This document shows positions 18,575-27,046 of a stretch of 63,410 nucleotides of DNA, piece by piece. The number at the start of each line of letters is the position of its first letter. Position 1 is the first letter of the stretch. The stretch is from an uncultured Pseudomonadota bacterium (GTDB taxonomy: Bacteria > Pseudomonadota > Alphaproteobacteria > Rs-D84). The stretch spans positions 1 through 63,410 of the forward strand of contig CACYHY010000002.1 of assembly GCA_902774305.1 (NCBI GenBank), in the 5' to 3' direction. A model generated the notes under the pieces. That model was not told the origin of the DNA and made no database searches. It saw only the letters and a program-made list of their open reading frames with translations. Position numbers and translations under genes: made by a program.

Positions 18575-18590
18575 GCCGTATTATAAAAAC

Positions 18591-18618
18591 TTGATTTTAT
18601 CAGATTTTATTATATAAT
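18591..18618 (+). promoter_or_regulatory. promoter of tRNA-Lys
   Basis: TTGATT, 16-nt spacer, TATAAT (18613-18618), about 15 nt upstream of the tRNA 5' end. Confidence 0.5.
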
Positions 18619-18633
18619 TCGGCTTGCAGTTTT

Positions 18634-18709
18634 GGATGCGTAGCTCAGTTGGTAGAGCAACTGACTCTTAATCAGTGGGTCCAGGGTTCGAATCCCTGCG
18701 CGTCCACCA
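18634..18709 (+). tRNA. tRNA-Lys (anticodon CUU)
   Basis: 76 nt cloverleaf. Acceptor ggatgcg/cgcgtcc, D-arm gctcagttggtagagc, anticodon loop cuCUUaa, T-arm caggg-ttcgaat-ccctg, encoded CCA. Confidence 0.93.
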
Positions 18710-18720
18710 AAATAAAAAAA

Positions 18721-18746
18721 GACCCGAAAGGGTCGTTTTTTTATTT
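18721..18746 (+). terminator. intrinsic terminator after tRNA-Lys
   Basis: Hairpin gaccc-gaaa-gggtc followed by a T7-run. Confidence 0.75.
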
Positions 18747-18862
18747 TGTTCGCACATGAGGATTTGAACCCTTTGGAGCGGTAGCGACTGGTTCGGAGAC
18801 GGATAGTTGGTGAGAACAAATAAAATGCAGTTCGAACCTTACGAGTCGATGACGAAGTCATC

Positions 18863-18891
18863 AATCCCTGCGCGTCCACCAAAATAAAAAA
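18863..18891 (+). repeat. direct repeat of the tRNA-Lys 3' end (att-like)
   Basis: 29 nt aatccctgcgcgtccaccaaaataaaaaa, identical to 18691-18719. Followed by its own terminator with compensatory stem changes. Confidence 0.85.
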
Positions 18892-18919
18892 CGACCACAT
18901 TTGTGGTCGTTTTTTTATC
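18892..18919 (+). terminator. second terminator copy after the tRNA-Lys 3' repeat
   Basis: Hairpin cgaccaca-ttt-gtggtcg followed by a T7-run. The flank tttttttatcttgtt parallels 18736-18750. Confidence 0.65.
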
Positions 18920-19442
18920 TTGTTAACAGCTTGTCCTGACGTAACATGACTTGATGGAATAAATCTTGTCTGGATGCATGATTTAAACGCATTGGTTCTT
19001 GTTCGGTACCACGTGGTAACCATAGGCAAATGTTATCTTGTTCTTGTGTGATTTTTACAAAACCGTTGATACCGGTTTTATGAAAATGAATTTGGTTTTG
19101 TGGAAACAAACTCAAAACTGGTTCGCCTGTTTCTTTATCCAGATATTCAACAATTGTGCTAGCTAATTTTTCACCCATAATAGGTTTGTATTTTCTGAAG
19201 TTTTCAGTCATTATTGTTGCACATGGATTTGGAAATTCTGCGCATCTTAACCAATCGCCTTCTGGTTGCATGGCTTTGCCATTTAATGTGGCAACGTGCA
19301 TAATTGTGTTTTGGCATCTAGAAAACGCATCAAAATCGACAAGCATGTCAGTCAATTGCACGATGTATGTATTCTTTTTCTTGTGTGTAGGTTTAAATAC
19401 TTTTTGTGCAGAAGTTTCTTGTTTTTTATTGAATATGGTCAT
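18915..19442 (-). CDS. hypothetical protein (175 aa)
   Basis: Track ORF extends to 19523, but the ATG at 19442 has an AGGAG RBS 8 nt upstream. No motif recognised. Adjacent to the tRNA-Lys repeat. Confidence 0.6.
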   Translation of the reverse strand: MTIFNKKQETSAQKVFKPTHKKKNTYIVQLTDMLVDFDAFSRCQNTIMHVATLNGKAMQPEGDWLRCAEFPNPCATIMTENFRKYKPIMGEKLASTIVEYLDKETGEPVLSLFPQNQIHFHKTGINGFVKITQEQDNICLWLPRGTEQEPMRLNHASRQDLFHQVMLRQDKLLTR

Positions 19443-19551
19443 TTTAATACTCCTTTTGCTGTTTCTTGTTAAACAATATAATACAAAAAGAATAATTGTC
19501 AAGCGTTTGTGGTAAAAACACAAATTAAGAATTTTTGTGTGTTATTTGGCT

Positions 19552-20280
19552 TTACATGGTGAAATCTTCGCCCAGGTACACTTTTTTAACACGTGGGTCG
19601 GCAGTAATTTCTTTGGCGGTGCCTTCTTTTAAGATTTTACCATCGTGTAGAACGTAACTGCGATCTGTGATGCCCAGTGTTTCACGCACATTATGGTCGG
19701 TTATAATAACGCCCAACCCTCTATCTTTTAATTGTGATACCAATGAACGAATATCATTTACGGCAATCGGGTCAATTCCAGCGAATGGTTCGTCCAGTAA
19801 TATAAATTTAGGATCATTTGCTAATGCTCGCGCAATTTCAACACGACGACGTTCGCCACCAGATAGTGATGTTGCTGGACTGTGGCGTAAATGTGCAATA
19901 GAAAATTCTTCCAGTAATGAATCTAATTTTTGTTGACGTTTCTTTTTGTCTGGTTCGACAACTTCCAATATCGCCATAATATTTTGTTCCACACTTAAAC
20001 CACGAAAAACACTATTCTCTTGGGGCAGATAGCCAATATGTAAACGTGCGCGTTGATAAAAAGGCAAGTGTGTTATATCTTGGGAATTAAGAAATATTTG
20101 TCCTGATGTGGCATTCAACTGTCCAGTTATGCAATAAAATGCAGTTGTTTTGCCGGCGCCATTTGGTCCCAATAATCCAACCGATTCGCCTTGGCGGACA
20201 ACCATGGATATGTCGCGAATAACAGTGCGCTTGCCATAGTTTTTAGATAAATGTTCAATACGTAATACAGACTGTTTCAT
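19552..20280 (-). CDS. lptB: LPS export ABC transporter ATP-binding protein LptB
   Basis: 242 aa. Walker A GPNGAGKTT, signature LSGGERRR, Walker B ILLDEP. Overlaps the upstream OstA-like gene. Confidence 0.9.
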   Translation of the reverse strand: MKQSVLRIEHLSKNYGKRTVIRDISMVVRQGESVGLLGPNGAGKTTAFYCITGQLNATSGQIFLNSQDITHLPFYQRARLHIGYLPQENSVFRGLSVEQNIMAILEVVEPDKKKRQQKLDSLLEEFSIAHLRHSPATSLSGGERRRVEIARALANDPKFILLDEPFAGIDPIAVNDIRSLVSQLKDRGLGVIITDHNVRETLGITDRSYVLHDGKILKEGTAKEITADPRVKKVYLGEDFTM

Positions 20281-20756
20281 AGTTTTATCACCATTTCTTT
20301 GGTTATTATTTTATCGCCATTACTGGAATCAACATGAACATTGCCAATCAATTTAATGTTGCGTTCTGATTGATTGTATTCAGCAGTATTAGAACGAATA
20401 TTATCGGTTATAAATTTTCCATTTTCTTTGCGAACTGTTGTGCCCCTCACAGTTTCTAGGTATATTATGTCGTTGTTATCATATTTTTGGTGGCCTGATT
20501 TTGCTTTGATAGAAAAAGGTTGACCGTTTTTATCAATTCCAGAAAAATTTGCATTTGTCATTCTGAACTGATTACTGGTTATATCAACCATGTTTATTGC
20601 AGAGATTGGTGTCCATAACAGTTGTTTTGTGAACACAGCACCTGCGACTAATGCTGCCACCATCACCAATCCCCATCCTGTAAATAAAAATTGCCACAGA
20701 CGGGTCAAACGGCGGTGTTTTTTAAATATAATAAAGTTTCTATTATCTGACGACAT
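20277..20756 (-). CDS. lptC: LptC/LptA-family (OstA-like) LPS export protein with N-terminal membrane anchor
   Basis: About 159 aa from the ATG at 20756. One TM (GWGLVMVAALVAGAVF) then a beta-rich region. Position immediately upstream of lptB. Confidence 0.6.
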   Translation of the reverse strand: MSSDNRNFIIFKKHRRLTRLWQFLFTGWGLVMVAALVAGAVFTKQLLWTPISAINMVDITSNQFRMTNANFSGIDKNGQPFSIKAKSGHQKYDNNDIIYLETVRGTTVRKENGKFITDNIRSNTAEYNQSERNIKLIGNVHVDSSNGDKIITKEMVIKL

Positions 20757-20812
20757 ACCATTATGTTTGCACAAGATAAGTCAAAAAGCAATTTTTATAT
20801 TTATTATGAACT

Positions 20813-20828
20813 TTTTTTATGATATAAT
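20813..20828 (+). promoter_or_regulatory. extended -10 promoter module TTTTTTATGATATAAT
   Basis: Exact copy of the 16-mer at 6417 and 62232. TATAAT at 20823-20828, 7 nt before the first ATG. Confidence 0.5.
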
Positions 20829-20834
20829 AGAGGC

Positions 20835-21668
20835 ATGAGAGAGATGAAGAAAAAGTTCGCTTTTTTGATGGCGTTAGTTGTTGGCTTGACCAGTTTTTCG
20901 GCCATGGCGGCTGATTTTTCGGTCAAAGATTCTTCTTTTAAGGCTAAAAAAGCATCGTCTGTGAAGACACAAGAAAAGTCCGGATTAGAAAGTATAACCA
21001 GTGGTTCATTATTGCCAGGTGTTATAGGAATGGTATCAAATGTAGCTGCTTTGACGAAACAACAAAAAGAATTAGCAGCAGAATGTGTGCCATCTTCATC
21101 GGAAATTAGTTGGGTTAATGATATGGTAAAGGAATATGCCAAGGTCGGTGAAGAAACAGCTGGTGAAATGTTAAACAGGTTAAAAATGACCAGATGTGGC
21201 CCTAATGAACATTATTCTAAAAGTGTGGAAGTCAGCAGACCAGCGAATTTAGAGCCGTGTACGGATGTTTTTGAAGATAAGGATACAATTTGGAATGGTT
21301 ATCCCATGGCCGCGGTGGCATCGTATTGTGCAGATGGAATGGAAGTGTGTTCTGGATCCAAGAAAAAAACAGAATCTAATGTGTATGCGATTTTTGGTGC
21401 TATATCATTTACTGTTGATGATTATGCAACGGATGAGGCAGATAAATATACTAAAATGATGGCAAAAATTGAAAAGTGTGCTCCAGAAAAAATATCTGCT
21501 CGCAGTAAACAAGCTTATGCAGACTTTTTGAAAACAACGATTAGTACAGCTGGTGGATCGGCAAGTAGTGGTGCCGTGTGGGATGCTGTTGGTGGTTTAA
21601 CATCTGGGGGTGGATTATCTGGGGTGCAAAGTTTGATGCCGGCGGTTACACAATTCTTGGATAAATAA
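20835..21668 (+). CDS. exported protein with Cys pairs and Gly-rich segments (unknown function)
   Basis: 277 aa (alternative ATG at 20844). Signal peptide KKKFAFLMALVVGLTSFSAMA. Gly-rich stretches LLPGVIGMVSNVAAL and GGLTSGGGLSGV. Confidence 0.65.
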   Translation: MREMKKKFAFLMALVVGLTSFSAMAADFSVKDSSFKAKKASSVKTQEKSGLESITSGSLLPGVIGMVSNVAALTKQQKELAAECVPSSSEISWVNDMVKEYAKVGEETAGEMLNRLKMTRCGPNEHYSKSVEVSRPANLEPCTDVFEDKDTIWNGYPMAAVASYCADGMEVCSGSKKKTESNVYAIFGAISFTVDDYATDEADKYTKMMAKIEKCAPEKISARSKQAYADFLKTTISTAGGSASSGAVWDAVGGLTSGGGLSGVQSLMPAVTQFLDK

Positions 21669-21763
21669 TTTTGTTATTTATGGTAACTGTTTGTTTTTTC
21701 CACTTTACTGAAATATAAAAACATAGTATAATATAGAGAAGATTTATTACAAAGGAAGGTCTT

Positions 21764-23314
21764 ATGGCAAACAGATTTTTTTCACGTATTTTGATTGTAA
21801 CTTCGATAGTTGCACTGGCGGGTTGCGCTGGAACTAATCGTAATGATGTGGCTATTTCAACCCCAACGGTTGATTATGTCGAAGGGCTGGATGTTTATTC
21901 TGCGCCACATAAGGATTCTTTTTTGAATCAGTTGGCGATGAATTACCGTTCTTATGCTATCTATAATGCGCGGACATCAGGCTATCCGGAAATGGGTGAA
22001 TTGTTTGCTCAAAAGGCTGTGACAGCGTTTTCAGGTGAAACACCGTTCCCTGAAACTGTTGGAAATTGGCCGTTGAATGACAGTGATGAAGAAGATGAAT
22101 TGGAAGTCGCATATGATAATATGATTGATCAATTCAAAAATGATGCGACAGATGAACGTCCGGATGTAGCGGCCGAGGCTCAGGCTAAATTTGATTGTTG
22201 GCTGTCTGCGGCATCGACTGGCCAGACTGAAACTGCACAACAGTGTCGTGAACGTTTTATTGCGGCTATGGATGTATTGCAAAATTGTAAAAAAGGTGGC
22301 TGCAAGGTTGCTAAGAAAGCAACAGCTGCACCCGCATCAATTGAAATAGAAAATAAAGCGTTTTATCCAGATACACGTTCATTGAATTCTGTGGGTAACA
22401 TGTCTTATCCACGTGATGGTATCGTTATTGTAAATAACATCAGTGTCCCTGGTAACAATGGCGGTAATTTGATTCAGACAATACCTGTGGGACAACAACA
22501 AGCCGTTCCTATGGTATTTAATCAGAATATCTATGGTGGGGACAAAAAGGTTTCTAACAGTGGAAACACAGTTGCTGTGAATTCCAGTCATGGTGCATCA
22601 CGTTGTGATTGTGATACAGGACGTCCAATCGTGATTGAATTGCCAGAGTCTGAAAATGGGGCCGCGCCAGCGCCACAACCACAAGATTGTCCATGTCATC
22701 AGGAAGAATTGCCAACTTTGGGCGAAGAATTGGTAACACGCGATGAATTCATCAATATGATGATGGCTATGCGTGCAGAAATCAAAGCAATTAACGATCG
22801 TTTGGATGCTTTGAAACCTAATGACGACAAGGCTGTGATTAAAGTTCAACAGATTCCTTTGGAACCAACACAGCATGTTATGGAAGAAATTTTTGAAGTT
22901 CACTTTGACTTTGATAAAGCCAATATCAAACCAGAATATGTTGATTTAATTCGTGAATTGGCTACTGCAACCCAGTCAAACAAGAATATAAAGGTTTCTG
23001 TGGTTGGACATACAGATACATCCGGTAGCAATAGTTATAACTATGCTTTGGGTGGCCGTCGTGCCGAAGCTGTACAAAAAGTGTTGATTAGTTACGGTAT
23101 CCCAGCAAGCCAGATTGTCGCTGTTTCTGCAGGTGAAGAAGATTTGAAGGTTCAGACTGGTGATGGTGTTCCAAATGCTGAAAATCGCCGTGTACGTGTT
23201 GTAAAAGAAACACATTATACAGAACCAGGCAAGGTTGTTCCTATTGCTGTGGTATCAGATGGCGATGTCGATATACAAGAGATTGGGGAAGAATGTCTGG
23301 ATTGTGGGGAATAG
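21764..23314 (+). CDS. OmpA-family peptidoglycan-binding lipoprotein
   Basis: 516 aa. Lipobox LAGCAG. C-terminal OmpA_C motif VVGHTDTSGSNSYNYALGGRRAEAV...NRRV. Confidence 0.85.
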   Translation: MANRFFSRILIVTSIVALAGCAGTNRNDVAISTPTVDYVEGLDVYSAPHKDSFLNQLAMNYRSYAIYNARTSGYPEMGELFAQKAVTAFSGETPFPETVGNWPLNDSDEEDELEVAYDNMIDQFKNDATDERPDVAAEAQAKFDCWLSAASTGQTETAQQCRERFIAAMDVLQNCKKGGCKVAKKATAAPASIEIENKAFYPDTRSLNSVGNMSYPRDGIVIVNNISVPGNNGGNLIQTIPVGQQQAVPMVFNQNIYGGDKKVSNSGNTVAVNSSHGASRCDCDTGRPIVIELPESENGAAPAPQPQDCPCHQEELPTLGEELVTRDEFINMMMAMRAEIKAINDRLDALKPNDDKAVIKVQQIPLEPTQHVMEEIFEVHFDFDKANIKPEYVDLIRELATATQSNKNIKVSVVGHTDTSGSNSYNYALGGRRAEAVQKVLISYGIPASQIVAVSAGEEDLKVQTGDGVPNAENRRVRVVKETHYTEPGKVVPIAVVSDGDVDIQEIGEECLDCGE

Positions 23315-23337
23315 TTTTGTAGTAAATAACAAAATAC

Positions 23338-23366
23338 TTGACAAAAACAATTTATTAGTGTAAATT
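23338..23366 (+). promoter_or_regulatory. near-consensus sigma70 promoter
   Basis: TTGACA (23338-23343), 17-nt spacer, TAAATT (23361-23366). Confidence 0.55.
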
Positions 23367-23397
23367 AGTTTTTGCCAGAGAGATGTTTGAAGAGGCA

Positions 23398-23614
23398 AGA
23401 CATGACAAATGGTACTGAAAATAAATTAAAATTTGCGCAGGGGACATTGGGCGTGCGCATGAAACACGGTGAAGGGCAACAGCAGGCTGTGGACTTGGCT
23501 GAAGTATTCGGTTTAAGAGGTATTAAGTTCCCTGGAACTGATATTTAATAGCGCCGTGTATTATTCTTATTGCAAAGGGCTGTGACGTATTTGTCATGGC
23601 TCTTTTGTTTTTTT
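23398..23614 (+). promoter_or_regulatory. structured GC-rich 5' leader with terminator (candidate riboswitch or attenuator of the P-type ATPase)
   Basis: agacatgacaaat (23398-23410) is complementary in 12 of 13 positions to atttgtcatggct (23589-23601). That second segment is also the 3' arm of a terminator hairpin (23578-23601 plus a T-run to 23614). Internal helices at 23434-39/23454-59, 23465-71/23552-58 and 23526-40. Confidence 0.45.
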
Positions 23615-23659
23615 ATGCATTTTGTGATAAAATAGATGGTATTACAAAGGGTTTTATAT

Positions 23660-26290
23660 ATGAAAATTGTAGGTTTAACATCTAAACAAGTTGCGCTTAA
23701 TAAAAGAAAATTTGGAACAAATACTATCCCTGGGGTCAAACCCAAGACTGCCTTACAGTTTTTTGTGGAAACATTCCAAGACAAAATCAACATGATTTTA
23801 TTGGGAATGTTGGGCTTGTTTTTGGTGTTGGCGGTGTTCGGTTTTGGTGGATATATAGAACCAATAGGTGTTGGTATGGTTTTGCTGTGCGTTGGTATTA
23901 TCGGGACAGTTACTAAGTTAAAAGCTCAAAAATATTCTATGGAACTGAAAAATAAAACGGCGGTACGGTTTGCTATGGTGGTAAGGGACGGAAAAATTAA
24001 AACCATTAAAACTGATAATATCGTTGTTGGAGATGTTGTTTTCTTGCAATCTGGGGAAACTGTGCCAGCCGATGGATATATATTGAAGGGGCGTATAAAT
24101 GTAAATAATGCTGTATTAAATGGCGAAACAGAAGAATGCCCAAAGTCGCCGATTGATGGTTTTAAGTATAATCGAAATGCAAAAGTTACGGGCGATGATT
24201 ATGTAAGTCAAAATTTGTTGTTTTGTGGAACAACAGTGCAAAGTGGTGAATGTTATATGATGGTTGAAAAAATAGGCGTTCATACTGAAAATGCCAAGAC
24301 ACTGTTAGCTATGCGAAATATAGATGAAGTAAAAACTGATTTAGATATAAAACTGGATAAATTGGCTGTCAAAATAGGGCGTTTTGGTTATTTTGGTGGA
24401 ATTATTGTTGCCCTTGTTTTATTGACTGATTCTGTGATTCAAGCAGGCGGTTTGCAATTGTTTTTTGCATCCGGAACATTGAATGTCTTACATAATATAG
24501 CAACAGCATTTATAGTCGCTTTGACGATTGTTGTGGCGGCTGTGCCCGAAGGATTGCCTTTTATTATTACGATGATTATTTCCCAAAATGCGCGCAATAT
24601 GATAAAACATAATGTGTTGGCTAAAAATACTCATAAAATACCAGAGGCTGGAAATATACAAATTTTGTGTACAGATAAGACTGGTACATTAACATACGGT
24701 AATTTAATCCCAATTACAAATTATTTGGGCGATGGCAGTCAGGTTGATTTTGATTCTGATTTGCCTGTATCACGATTTATTGTAGCAGATATTTTGTTTA
24801 ATACGGGTGCAGCGTTTGATGACAAAGGAACAATCGTTGGTGGTACCAGTACGCAACGGGCATTGTTATCTGCATTAAATCCAAAATCTAGGTTAGTTCG
24901 TGCGGTTACAAATGAAATCAAAACATTGGATAAAATACCATTTGATAGTGCTAATAAGTTTTCTGCAGTGCGTGTGGTAAGAAAGAAAGATGAAAAACAA
25001 TTTGTTTTGTACACAGGTGCCCCAGAAATTATTTTAGAGCATGTAACCAAGTATATAGATGTGAACGGTGTTACACATACAATAAACAAAAGTAAAATGT
25101 TTGGAATTATACGTGAAAATGCGAAACAAGCGAAAAGATTAGTTGCACTGGCGTACGGAACAGGAAAAACTTTAAACACAAAATTACCTGATAATTTGGT
25201 TTTGGTATCTTTGGTTAGTATTCGTGATGATGTTAGACGCGAAGTTCCAAAAGCTGTGGCATGTATGCAAAAGGCGGGGATTCATGTGATTATGATGACA
25301 GGGGATATCATAGATACTGCGCGTGCAATAGGTGTTGATACTGGAATTATAAATAATGAAAATGATTTGGTGTTAACCGCGCGTGAACTGGATTTAATGA
25401 CAGATGCAGAAATAAAAAAGAATCTGTATAGATTGAAAGTCGTGGCGCGTGCTGTTCCACGTACTAAATTAAGATTGGTAAAAGTTGCCCAAGAAATAAA
25501 TCTGTGTATTGGTATGTGTGGTGATGGCACAAATGATGCACCAGCGTTAAAACGGGCAGATGTAGGTTTTGCTATGGGCAGCGGAACAGATGTTTGTAAA
25601 GAAGCTGGTGATATTATAATTGTTGATGATAATTTTGTGTCATTGGCTGATGCTGTGCTATTTGGCAGAACATTTACGAATAATGTTACAAAATTTTTAA
25701 TGTTTCAAATGCCTATAAATTTGATGCTGGTTGTGTTGAGTTTGGTTTATCCTATCGCATTTTTGGTTCCAGCGTTTGTTGCTGTACAAATTTTGATTAT
25801 TAATATCGTGATGGATAGTCTGAATTCGTTGGCGTTTGGTGGTGAGCCTGCAAAATCTGAATATATGCATGTTTCACCGCAACCAAAAGGTGCATCTTTA
25901 TTTGCGGGAAAAACTTTAAGCAGGATTGTTGCAGGCTGTATAGAATTTGGAATAATTTTTGCATTGTTGTTTGTCCCAGATGTACAAGAAATTTTTGGTG
26001 ATAATCCGGATGTTAATTTAACGGCCAGATTCGCATTGATAATGTTGATAGCCGCCTTTAATGGATTTAATGTACGTGTTGATAATGTACATTTGTTACA
26101 TGGTATAGATAAAAATCCATTGTTTTTAACAATTGCGTTAATAATTATTATAGGTACAATAGGAATTGTAAATTTTGGTGGTCAATTGTTCCAAGTCGTG
26201 CCTTTATCATATGAACAGTGGTTTGTTGTGTTCAGTTTGGCGTTTTTGGTTATACCGATGGATTTGTTAAGAAAAATATTTAGTAAATAA
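23660..26290 (+). CDS. P-type cation-transporting ATPase (P2A, Ca2+-ATPase-like)
   Basis: About 876 aa from the ATG at 23660 (RBS aaggg). PEGLP in TM4, phosphorylation site CTDKTGTLT, MTGD, and hinge GDGTNDAPALKRADVG. Confidence 0.9.
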   Translation: MKIVGLTSKQVALNKRKFGTNTIPGVKPKTALQFFVETFQDKINMILLGMLGLFLVLAVFGFGGYIEPIGVGMVLLCVGIIGTVTKLKAQKYSMELKNKTAVRFAMVVRDGKIKTIKTDNIVVGDVVFLQSGETVPADGYILKGRINVNNAVLNGETEECPKSPIDGFKYNRNAKVTGDDYVSQNLLFCGTTVQSGECYMMVEKIGVHTENAKTLLAMRNIDEVKTDLDIKLDKLAVKIGRFGYFGGIIVALVLLTDSVIQAGGLQLFFASGTLNVLHNIATAFIVALTIVVAAVPEGLPFIITMIISQNARNMIKHNVLAKNTHKIPEAGNIQILCTDKTGTLTYGNLIPITNYLGDGSQVDFDSDLPVSRFIVADILFNTGAAFDDKGTIVGGTSTQRALLSALNPKSRLVRAVTNEIKTLDKIPFDSANKFSAVRVVRKKDEKQFVLYTGAPEIILEHVTKYIDVNGVTHTINKSKMFGIIRENAKQAKRLVALAYGTGKTLNTKLPDNLVLVSLVSIRDDVRREVPKAVACMQKAGIHVIMMTGDIIDTARAIGVDTGIINNENDLVLTARELDLMTDAEIKKNLYRLKVVARAVPRTKLRLVKVAQEINLCIGMCGDGTNDAPALKRADVGFAMGSGTDVCKEAGDIIIVDDNFVSLADAVLFGRTFTNNVTKFLMFQMPINLMLVVLSLVYPIAFLVPAFVAVQILIINIVMDSLNSLAFGGEPAKSEYMHVSPQPKGASLFAGKTLSRIVAGCIEFGIIFALLFVPDVQEIFGDNPDVNLTARFALIMLIAAFNGFNVRVDNVHLLHGIDKNPLFLTIALIIIIGTIGIVNFGGQLFQVVPLSYEQWFVVFSLAFLVIPMDLLRKIFSK

Positions 26291-26292
26291 AA

Positions 26293-26319
26293 ACAGTCGC
26301 TATATGCGACTGTTTTTTT
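26293..26319. terminator. bidirectional intrinsic terminator
   Basis: acagtcgc-tatat-gcgactgt hairpin followed by a T7-run, between convergent genes. Confidence 0.75.
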
Positions 26320-26339
26320 GTAGTTTATAGTGAAATTAG

Positions 26340-26861
26340 TTAATCTAAAAATCCCCATGCAGCACGGTAACCATTGTCGCGTTCAAAGAATATAGTTGCG
26401 CCTTGTAATTGGTTCGTACTCATGTTGTTGATAATAAATGTTTCTTGTAACATAGGGTTGTTTTTGTTTTTTCTGGTAAGTGGCATTTCCAAAGACATAT
26501 ATGTTTCCATACAGCATGTGTCAGGATTTGTGCATTTGGCATCTTTGCATTGGTATATTTTTGTAGTATAGTCTACACCGTTACGTAATTTATCTACATT
26601 AACAACCATTTTTACATCATTACCTATATCATAAAATTTAACATAACCAATTTCTGATGCTTCATTGTGATTGTTTCTGGTGTACATTTTTGTATGTATT
26701 TTGTTTTTATGGTGTTTGTGTGCTTTGTTTGTACAATTTGCATCTTGGCATTGTCCTATGTTTTTATATTGGTGTGTTTGTTGGTATTGGCAATCATTTG
26801 CGCAACCAGCAAATGTTAAAACAACTGCTAATGCAGATATAAGTTTTACTATTTTTTTCAT
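26340..26861 (-). CDS. lipoprotein with His-rich tract and a degenerate Cu,Zn-SOD-like C-terminal region
   Basis: 173 aa. Lipobox LTFAGC. HKHHKNKIH tract. C-terminal pattern IGYVKFYD..VVNVDKL..G...TKIYQC and ...RAAWGFLD resembles SodC, but the metal-ligand His residues are absent. Confidence 0.6.
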   Translation of the reverse strand: MKKIVKLISALAVVLTFAGCANDCQYQQTHQYKNIGQCQDANCTNKAHKHHKNKIHTKMYTRNNHNEASEIGYVKFYDIGNDVKMVVNVDKLRNGVDYTTKIYQCKDAKCTNPDTCCMETYMSLEMPLTRKNKNNPMLQETFIINNMSTNQLQGATIFFERDNGYRAAWGFLD

Positions 26862-26952
26862 ATTATTTCTCCTTTGGTTATATGAAATACAGGTTTATTG
26901 TATATATTTTTATTTGTTTTTCGTTAGGTATGTTTTCCAAAAAAAAGGCGGA

Positions 26953-26968
26953 TTCTATGCGTATAGAA
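26953..26968. promoter_or_regulatory. 16-bp near-perfect palindrome (possible operator)
   Basis: ttctatgc|gtatagaa (7 of 8 arm positions match), in the divergent intergenic region between the SodC-like lipoprotein gene and the Dps-like gene. Confidence 0.3.
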
Positions 26969-27046
26969 CGTGATACGAATATTGTCTTGTTTGTTTTTGT
27001 TTGTGAAATTTGTATTTTGTGATTGCATAACAAAAGGAGAAATAAT

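Noticed and set aside
18751-18862. Intact minus-strand tRNA, or a two-piece tmRNA, between the tRNA-Lys repeats
   Set aside because: The T-loop-like gggttcaaatcc has only 3 pairable stem positions. There is no matching acceptor stem, no CCA, no G-U alanine identity pair and no tag ORF. I treat it as tRNA-fragment debris.
18610-19029. 139-aa minus-strand ORF spanning tRNA-Lys and both terminators
   Set aside because: It overlaps a canonical tRNA and two hairpin terminators. It is not plausible as a CDS.
23402-23548. 48-codon ORF (MTNGTENKLKFAQGTLGVRMKHGEGQQQAVDLAEVFGLRGIKFPGTDI) inside the ATPase leader
   Set aside because: The RBS is weak, and its ATG sits inside the 13-nt arm of the long-range helix. 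The local GC-richness and nested helices fit a structured RNA better. It is kept only as an alternative in the finding, not as a called CDS.
23398-23614. Known metal riboswitch classes (M-box, yybP-ykoY) for the ATPase leader
   Set aside because: I could not find the hallmark conserved blocks I remember, such as GUUAGGUGAGGCU for M-box or GGGGAGUAG and GGAGAGAC for yybP-ykoY. A covariance-model search is needed before naming any class.
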